Positions 56,717-64,000 of a DNA stretch of 64,000 bases are shown here, one piece after another (position 1 is the stretch's first letter; each line of letters starts with the position of its first letter). A program made the position numbers and the translations under genes. The stretch is from Epithemia pelagica (lineage: Eukaryota; Protista; Bacillariophyta), in the NCBI GenBank assembly GCA_946965045.2, contig OX337238.1, positions 2,170,001 through 2,234,000 on the forward strand. Reading direction: 5' to 3'. The notes beneath the pieces are model-generated. The model saw only the letters and a list, made by a program, of their open reading frames with translations, was not told the origin of the DNA and searched no databases.

Positions 56717-58420
56717 GTTGGTGCCACTTCGCATCTTCTTTCCGTGCTTGGAGCTCTAGCTGTCAAAGTCTACAAGTCACCAGCCAAACTGCAGTGCACC
56801 CCTCTTGTCGCTGCATTGGACACTGAAAGTGTGGGAGTACAGTCTAGCTATTCTAGAAGTGTGGAGACTCTTAAGTTGCCGATGGCGGATTCATCCGCTG
56901 TGGACTTTGTTTGCAGGGTAATGAAGTTACCCAAAGAGCTCGTTTGGAAGGTTTTCATAGTCGCTGGAAGTCATTTTCGCAGTATTGTAGCTGCGATCAA
57001 CGTCTTGCTTGGGGAAAGCTCTCATGATGTGGACATGGAGAGATTATTCCACCTTTGCTTCGATCGTCTTGAACAAACGCTCGACAGTAACACTGTGCTT
57101 GCTATCGAGGCTTATCTGAAGAACATGATGGAGCAGGGCGGTGGTTGGGCCTGCAGACCACCACAGGTGAGATCGCTGTGTTCGACCGACTACTCTATTC
57201 CACCGGCGATCATCTGTTCAGCGTTTCAAATGCACTCTGAACTGCAGCAGTTGGGCGCGGACAAACACGCGTTCGGAATCTTTTGCCATGACATTGACAA
57301 GGATGCCTTCCATCAACTGGAACGTTCGGCAATGAGTTTTGATCTCCTTCGCTCTGTTTGGAAAATGAATGTTATTCCTTCATCCATGAGGGTGAGCGGT
57401 GGTCTCCCGTGGTACTCGGACCTGCGGTTTCCGCGGCGCTCGATGCGAACTTCCCAGGAAGGAATACTTGAAACGAAGGGACAACAGACCGTGGTTTGGA
57501 GTGGTTTAACGCCCCGAGTAGGGGTATATTACCATCCAGGTCTGGGAAACCACCCTTGGATTGATCGATTTTTTGTGGCCGAAACGAAGGACGAAAAAAG
57601 TGTTTGGTCTTGTACCAAGACAAGATAGATGCGGCAGGATTCCCAAACGCCGTCAACGATCTGAATCTGGCGGCAAGTATTCTGACCAAGGAGTTGGCAA
57701 TGCCGGTCATTTGCATTGCCAATGTGATTGGCGCTTCCAGTCAAACGAGGAGCCCTTTGCGTTTGGACTTTCCACTTTCCATACGTCCTTGTTGGTGACA
57801 CGGAACTCGATGCTTTTTATACGACAAACTTTTCACCCGCCATGAGGTTCGTGCGGACTCGATTCCGGGATCATGGCACGAAGCAGGTTCCGCCAGCAGC
57901 TGCTAATTGACAAGAACAATTTCTGTGAGTTTTATGACGACCCTATTCGCATCTATCTACCTCTCTAGAGAGAGAGAGGTGTTGTGGACCTTTCTATTTC
58001 TCTACACCTTTAATACTTCTACTCCTATTTCTATCTAGGAGTAAGAGCCATCAAAGCGAGCAAAAAAATGATTGATCGTAATCCGTACTACTCTAGGTAT
58101 GGTAGCGCGGACCCCGCTCCTTATCCGCGACTCGAATATTCCGTGGATCGTCGATAAATCGCACAACAACAGCAAAAAGAGAGAGGGACACTTTTTTTGG
58201 TCACAGAGATTCCTGGAAGATATTGAAGAGAGAGAGAGACAGAGACAAACAGAGAGTCCTTCTCCTTTTATCTCTCCAAGGGTGTTTTGGTTGTTGCTGT
58301 CCATCGTCCCGAGTCCAGCAACGAAACGAACTACGAAAAGAGCAAGAAGAAGAACAACAACAATCCCACCACACGGTCGACGACACCAACAACAAGAGAG
58401 GTTTTTTTCCAAAACCCACA

Positions 58421-60055
58421 ATGACATCCACCAACAAACCACACCAAGAACAACAACAGCCACCAACAAACCGTCCGTTGCGTGTGGCCTTTGTCCATTT
58501 GGATTGGGGCATTGGTGGAGCCGAACAACTCATGTTGCAATTGGCGCAAGCCAGTGTGGCCTTGGGACATGACGTGCAATTGTGGACGAGCCACTGCAAT
58601 CCATCGCATTGCTTTGCACCCCTCAAACCCGAAACCGGAAGCTTACATTCGTGTTTGCAGGTGGTAGGATCCTGGATTCCTCATACCATTGCCGGTGGTG
58701 GTCGAGTCGTGTGTTCCACCCTGCGATTGCTCTATGTGGCGTTTCAATTGAGTCGATCCGTTCAACAACAACAACAACAACATGCCAGGATGCCTGATGT
58801 CATTGTCTTGGATGGCTTGCCGACGCCGTTACCCCTGTTACAGTATTGGATTCCCACCGCCTCCTTGTTGTTTTATTGTCATTTTCCCGATCAACTCTTG
58901 ACCACCGCCAATACTACTACTACTACTACATCCTTGACACCAACCGCCGACACCACCAATACTACCAGACCAAAGAGTTGGTATCGGCACATTATGGATG
59001 GTTTGGAAGATTGGACTTTACCCTGGGCCGACACGATTGTCGTCAATAGTGAATTTACGCGACAAACAGTCTTGCAAACCTTTCCATCCCTCTTACAACA
59101 ACAAGAACCAGTACCGTCCTCGTCCTTGCCCATTTTGTATCCGGCACTCGATACAACCGCCTTGGATGCTCCCGTGGATCCCACATGGATTCGAACCTTG
59201 CCGTATCATCATGATTCGTCGACAAGGACGATACGTCCCCTGGTATCCTTGAATCGGTATGAACGCAAAAAGAATTTGACCCTCTTTTTGCAAGCAATCG
59301 TTTGGATTCAAGAGCATTATCCCAACCTGAACCTTCCACCCGTTATTGTCGCGGGCGGATACGATCCCACCAATGTCGAAAATGTCGAATACCGAGGCGA
59401 ATTGCAACACTATGTCGACACGCACTTGTCGACGACGACTGCCTCTATTTATTTTCGGCATTCCATTTCCGATGTGGAACGTACCTACTTGTTGCATCAG
59501 GCCTTGGCAGTCGTGTATACACCCTCGCACGAACATTTTGGCATTGTCCCCGTCGAAGCCATGTATTGTGGAACGCCCGTCGTGGCCGCAAATTCCGGAG
59601 GACCGTTGGAAACGGTCGTGGACGGTGTGACGGGATATCTCTGTCCACCCACACCACAAGCCTTTGGACAAGCCTTGGTCCAATTGTTGCAAGCCGAAGA
59701 ACAACAACCACAACAAGCAGCGACCGCCAATGGACACACAACATCAAGCCCAATCCTCCAGACCAGCCAAACCATGGGAGAAGCCGGACGACGACTTGTA
59801 GAGACACACTTTGGATTGCAACGGTTTCAACAGCAATGGAATCAGTACCTGTATACGACAGTGGAAACGGGACGACAACGACACGAACGACAGGCAGCCC
59901 AACGGCAATTTGTGGCGGTCCTGATGTGGTTGGTGCAACTGGCGTGTACCGTCCTCCTGGCAGTACTGCTCGCCTATCTTGTACAAACAGTGTTGCTCAA
60001 TGTCTCGTCGGGACGGATGCGAAGCCTTTCCGACATGTTGTGGCGAGAATTGTAG
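58421..60055 (+). CDS. ALG2: Alpha-1,3/1,6-mannosyltransferase ALG2 (GT4)
   Basis: RVAFVHLDWGIGGAEQL, LFYCHFPDQLL, SLNRYERKKN, AGGYD...ENVEY, EHFGIVPVEAM, NSGGPLETV, and a C-terminal hydrophobic anchor. The start at ATG 58421 is inferred; the frame is open from 58223. Confidence 0.93.
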   Translation: MTSTNKPHQEQQQPPTNRPLRVAFVHLDWGIGGAEQLMLQLAQASVALGHDVQLWTSHCNPSHCFAPLKPETGSLHSCLQVVGSWIPHTIAGGGRVVCSTLRLLYVAFQLSRSVQQQQQQHARMPDVIVLDGLPTPLPLLQYWIPTASLLFYCHFPDQLLTTANTTTTTTSLTPTADTTNTTRPKSWYRHIMDGLEDWTLPWADTIVVNSEFTRQTVLQTFPSLLQQQEPVPSSSLPILYPALDTTALDAPVDPTWIRTLPYHHDSSTRTIRPLVSLNRYERKKNLTLFLQAIVWIQEHYPNLNLPPVIVAGGYDPTNVENVEYRGELQHYVDTHLSTTTASIYFRHSISDVERTYLLHQALAVVYTPSHEHFGIVPVEAMYCGTPVVAANSGGPLETVVDGVTGYLCPPTPQAFGQALVQLLQAEEQQPQQAATANGHTTSSPILQTSQTMGEAGRRLVETHFGLQRFQQQWNQYLYTTVETGRQRHERQAAQRQFVAVLMWLVQLACTVLLAVLLAYLVQTVLLNVSSGRMRSLSDMLWREL

Positions 60056-60213
60056 AGTCATCTTAGCTTCTCTACACAATAAGGGTTGTTTTCAATAGTG
60101 TTCGTTTAATAGTGTCCTGTTAACAGATATACGAGTGCGTGAGTGTTTGTGAGAATCGCCATGGTGTGCTTCAGGAGGAGAACAAGTGTCCGTGTTGTGT
60201 GCTTTCTATTTCT

Positions 60214-63200
60214 TTATTGAAAGTCGAGACTCGCCAAATCTTTTTGAAGGGCCTCAATTTGTGCTTGAACACCCGCTGCCTTGACAGACTTGACCTTGGC
60301 TGCCACAGCATCGGCATTGGATTCAAAAAAGTCGGCCACAGCCTTGTTGTCCTCGTAGTCACCGTCAAACATGGACTGAATGATTTCCACCGCTCCTTCC
60401 TTGGTCAGTGCGACATCGGCCGCACGGAGTTGGCTCACCACATCATCTTCAGCAATGCGTCGCTTCACACGCCAGTAAAAGTATTCTCGAGATGATTCCC
60501 AAGGGACGGATTCCCGAATCACTCCCTTGGCCTTCATGCGACCCGTCTTGTCGTGCAAGTCGGCAAATTCCGTCGCCGCCTGCAAGTACACGGGTTTCAA
60601 CACCTCTTCCCGAGCCGTAATTTGAGACTGAATGGCTGCCTTGTCCTCTTCCAATTCCGCCATTTCAAGCTCCGCATCCAACAGCTTCAATTGGGCATCC
60701 AATCGGTGCATCGCCTTGAGCTGATCGGGCAAACGGAACTTGATTTCGGTAATACCAGCCGGTTCCAAAATACCTCCACGAGAATCGGGGTCGGCGTACA
60801 TTTCCATCTTTTCTTCGTTAATGGTAGGATCCACCACGACCCACGATCCACCACGAAGTTCACCGTGGGGTGGAAGGTAAATGTAAACGGGATTGTTGTA
60901 TTCGCGCAAGGCATCGACAATCATGGAACCAAACTTGAGGATTTCACCAGCCATGTCACGACTTCCTCCCGAGAAACCACGCCAGTTGGCAAAGATCATG
61001 ACCGGAAGACCTTCCTTGTTGAAGTCGTTCAGAGCCTGTGCGGTCTTGTACGAGGAATCAGGGAACAATACCTGTCCTGCCTGCGGAAGGACGGCCTCAC
61101 GAGAGTTGGGATCGGCTGGATCGGCCGGAATGACCTTGTCCACCAACCGAGTCTCAACAGCAATAGCACCCATTGGGATACCACCCAAACGACCACGACC
61201 AATGACGACACTCTTTCCCCATCCGTCCAAGTATTCTTTCCAGCTTCCCTTGTCGAAGAAACCAGCCATGTCGCTGGTTCCCGAAAGCATCAATCGAGGA
61301 TCGTATGGTGTGGGGGTAGGACGCCAAGCCACTGGACGGTCGACCGGGTCGGCCGAGATACGAGCGGCAGGAAGACCTCCAATGGTCTTGGGGACAAAGC
61401 TCAACCATTTCAAAATGGAGGCAACTCCCTGTTGGTCGTCTTCGACAACCTCATGCGAAACTCCATTAGGATACATGATTTGAGGTCCACCAAGTTGATC
61501 TTGAGAGGTGTACACATCGCGACCAAGCAGCTTGTTCAAGGCGGAGAAACCAGTCAGAATGATTGGACCCTCCTTCATTTGGATAACACGTTGACCAAGA
61601 CGGACCAAGTAGGCTCCAATACCGACACTTCGTCCAGTGACGTAACTCAAGGTGAATCCTTCATCATAAGCGCGGGATGTCTCACCGGCAATCTTTCCAC
61701 TTCCTTGCAAGTTCTCGACTCCAATACCGTGCTTAGTTCCAATGACATCGGACAATGCCCAACCTTCGGCAACCTTCTCTGCGATGACGGCACCTTCAGG
61801 AAGAGCTTGGTAGTCTTCATCAGTAAGGTAGAGATATTCGAATCCCTTCGCAGGGTTCTCCGCGTCGACGAACTTGATGTTGATTTGTTCCTTGAGCTCG
61901 TCAAAGAGACCAATACGAGCTCCAGCATTACAGGCAATGTACACGCGAGGAAGATTGTTTTCTCTGGCGTAGGTGGAAGCCTTGTAGTAAAATTCATCCT
62001 CTTCGACTCCGAATGATCCACTTTGAACAGTCACGTCATTTGAAATCACAATAACATCGCGGCCCTCTGGGTACTCGGGTGTCTTCATGGTGACTTTCCA
62101 TCCCACCATTCCGACCTTGTTGGTTCCCACAGTTCGGCTTCCAAGGACAAGAGCACCAGTGTCGTCTTCGAGAAGCTCTTGAGCAGAGAAAACATTTCCA
62201 GGAGCCTCAATGGAGGATCGTGCAGGCAAGCCACTGATATATTCATCCCATTCAGCAAGCAAACCCACTTCCATAAGTCCCAAGAAATCGTACGCATACG
62301 TTGAACCAACACGACGAGCGTTGGCACGCTTCATCTGGACAATGTTCGATGTGGCGTATGGATCCAACACACACATGGATGATTCACCGCTTTCTTCCAA
62401 CAGACAGAATTCGGTTGTGACGCCAGTCACAGGGTCGGGTGCTTCAAGGTATGCATTCGGGGTAAGGTATTGGCCATCAATCGACGAGGCAACAAGACGA
62501 ACGCTTCGAGAAATTGGTGTGCCATCCTCTGCCGTAGACAACAGACGAATCTTGACTTCGATCTCGTCCACCCGCAATTTCAAAAGGCGTGTGGCAAGCT
62601 TACTCTTCATCGATCCCATAATTTCCTTGAATCGCACGGCAAGATCAGTCGGGGAGCTGCCTTCGATTTCATAGAGAGAATGCAGGAAGATTCGTGAAGA
62701 CGATTGACGTGTCACCTTCGAATTAGCTTGGGCACGCTCAAGTTCGTCAAGACCTTGTTGCATGGCTCTCATGGCACCAAGATCGGTCACCATTCCAGGG
62801 CTGTGAGAGATTCCTCGAACAAATACAACTTGAGGAGCTCCACCTCGGATCGGCTTGTCAGATTTCTCCGTTCCAATGTAAACCTGAGCATTTCGACCAA
62901 TAGCTGACGTACGCTCAAGATTGAAATTCTCAGCAAGACGATTCAACTCAAGAAGGTCAAAGAACGTAGGTCTCATGTTACGACGGAGTGGATCTTCCTT
63001 GAAACCTTCGCTCTGAGGGAAGGTGAAATACGAAGGATCCTTCTTGTTGTTGGGAAGGAGGAAGTTCGCGTCTCGGATACCCAATGCGTCAAGCTCCTTG
63101 CTATGGTCGGCGAGTAGGTATTCAAAGGCGCTAATCTCACCACTTTTACCGTCCGCAATCGCAACATGCAAGATGTTCAATGGACCTCCCTCAGCACGAG

Positions 63201-64000
63201 TGGGTGCTTCACCAATGCTCTCTGACAGATTCTCGAGGATTCCAGAAATATCAGATTTCAGACCATCAAATGAAGGGACGACGGAAAGAATTCCATGTCG
63301 AATAGGGGCTTTGCTTTGGTCGACGTCAGCAAACTGGAACGTGAACAAGCAGGTGAGACGACCGTCTTTTTCAGTGACCTGGAGGTCCAAGATTCTGTGA
63401 GCCCGGTAAACACGGCGAACATAAACTTCCATAGCCGCCATTTTGACGTCACTTGCGGGGTCGGTAAATAGAGAGGTCAAAAGATCCACACCAGCCGAGA
63501 GCGTACTGCTTCTAGAGAGCTTTGTAAAGTCAGCGGCAGGGTCGTTCAATTGAGCACGAAGTTCTTCTGCTCGACTTTCGAACGACGGAACCTTCGATTG
63601 ACGAATAATCTCGTCCGCAGCCAAGGCAATTTCTCCGTAAACCTTGTCCTTAAGCTCGGCCAGTTTCCCCAAGACTTCCATAAGCGGTTCAGGGAGACCT
63701 GCAGCTCCGAATCGGTCATCAAACAATTCAACTTGGCGGAGCATTGCAAGTACAAGACGTGCGCGGTTACGAAGTTGCTGGTGAGCCTGGTTTTCGGCAA
63801 TGACAAGGTCCAAGTCTTCCGCATTGGCCTTGGTCAAGTCACGGACAACGTCATCCAGAAGCTTTCCGGCAAAGATGCTTTCGACGCGCAAAAATTCGTT
63901 GAATGCCTCTGTGACAATAGCAGCGGCTGACTCCAAGTCCTCAACTCCTTCAAAAGGCTTTTGGGCAACGACTTCGGCATCACCACTGAAACCGGCAAGC
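60214..64000 (-). CDS. ACC: Homomeric acetyl-CoA carboxylase, 3' part (central and carboxyltransferase domains), running off the window edge
   Basis: GSTYAYDF, NDVTVQSGSFG, NAGARIG, GIGVENLQGSG, VTGRSVGIGAYLVRLGQR, AGQVLFPDS, ANWRGFSGG, ELRGGSWVV, RGGILEP, FADLHD. The frame stays open from 63936 to 64000. Confidence 0.97.
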   Translation of the reverse strand, partial: LAGFSGDAEVVAQKPFEGVEDLESAAAIVTEAFNEFLRVESIFAGKLLDDVVRDLTKANAEDLDLVIAENQAHQQLRNRARLVLAMLRQVELFDDRFGAAGLPEPLMEVLGKLAELKDKVYGEIALAADEIIRQSKVPSFESRAEELRAQLNDPAADFTKLSRSSTLSAGVDLLTSLFTDPASDVKMAAMEVYVRRVYRAHRILDLQVTEKDGRLTCLFTFQFADVDQSKAPIRHGILSVVPSFDGLKSDISGILENLSESIGEAPTRAEGGPLNILHVAIADGKSGEISAFEYLLADHSKELDALGIRDANFLLPNNKKDPSYFTFPQSEGFKEDPLRRNMRPTFFDLLELNRLAENFNLERTSAIGRNAQVYIGTEKSDKPIRGGAPQVVFVRGISHSPGMVTDLGAMRAMQQGLDELERAQANSKVTRQSSSRIFLHSLYEIEGSSPTDLAVRFKEIMGSMKSKLATRLLKLRVDEIEVKIRLLSTAEDGTPISRSVRLVASSIDGQYLTPNAYLEAPDPVTGVTTEFCLLEESGESSMCVLDPYATSNIVQMKRANARRVGSTYAYDFLGLMEVGLLAEWDEYISGLPARSSIEAPGNVFSAQELLEDDTGALVLGSRTVGTNKVGMVGWKVTMKTPEYPEGRDVIVISNDVTVQSGSFGVEEDEFYYKASTYARENNLPRVYIACNAGARIGLFDELKEQINIKFVDAENPAKGFEYLYLTDEDYQALPEGAVIAEKVAEGWALSDVIGTKHGIGVENLQGSGKIAGETSRAYDEGFTLSYVTGRSVGIGAYLVRLGQRVIQMKEGPIILTGFSALNKLLGRDVYTSQDQLGGPQIMYPNGVSHEVVEDDQQGVASILKWLSFVPKTIGGLPAARISADPVDRPVAWRPTPTPYDPRLMLSGTSDMAGFFDKGSWKEYLDGWGKSVVIGRGRLGGIPMGAIAVETRLVDKVIPADPADPNSREAVLPQAGQVLFPDSSYKTAQALNDFNKEGLPVMIFANWRGFSGGSRDMAGEILKFGSMIVDALREYNNPVYIYLPPHGELRGGSWVVVDPTINEEKMEMYADPDSRGGILEPAGITEIKFRLPDQLKAMHRLDAQLKLLDAELEMAELEEDKAAIQSQITAREEVLKPVYLQAATEFADLHDKTGRMKAKGVIRESVPWESSREYFYWRVKRRIAEDDVVSQLRAADVALTKEGAVEIIQSMFDGDYEDNKAVADFFESNADAVAAKVKSVKAAGVQAQIEALQKDLASLDFQ

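Larger units (their letters stand above)
49799..57910 (+). pseudogene. Crinkler-like P-loop NTPase plus putative PD-(D/E)xK nuclease gene, disrupted and split by a copia insertion
   Basis: Walker A AVAGxGNGKT across a frameshift (~50140) and Walker B-like VICLDN. The empty site reads ERLRVG|ATSHLLSVLGAL in frame. C-terminal NHPWIDRFF...LYQDK. TAG at 49949-49951 and further frameshifts near 57600 and 57770. Confidence 0.6.

Noticed and set aside
60553-62016. 487-aa + strand ORF
   Set aside because: It is an antisense shadow of ACC caused by codon bias, with no recognisable motifs.

Overview
Eukaryotic DNA, most likely from a diatom. This is an inference from CoDi-type copia elements, short GT-AG introns of 67-86 nt and a homomeric acetyl-CoA carboxylase. 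About 70% of the window is transposable-element (TE) DNA. In order it holds: an unclassified TE-like gene; a 5'-truncated Ty1/copia with a 4x 317-bp amplification of its gag-protease junction; a ~7.9-kb Academ-like element with a RecQ helicase and a convergent transposase; a MITE; an intact Ty3/gypsy (TSD CCCGA); a RAG1-like transposase convergent with a BAH-like ORF; an 11-kb piggyBac-like element with a CTAT target duplication, ~1.2-kb TIRs and a SET + 2OG-Fe(II) dioxygenase cargo gene; and an intact copia with identical LTRs and an extra upstream ORF, inserted in a Crinkler-like NTPase/nuclease pseudogene. Ordinary host genes are the PP2A catalytic subunit, ALG2 and the 3' part of ACC. The most interesting candidates are the RAG1-like/BAH-like pair and the piggyBac carrying chromatin-modifier-like cargo. 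All domain calls come from motifs recognised by eye; no database search was run.
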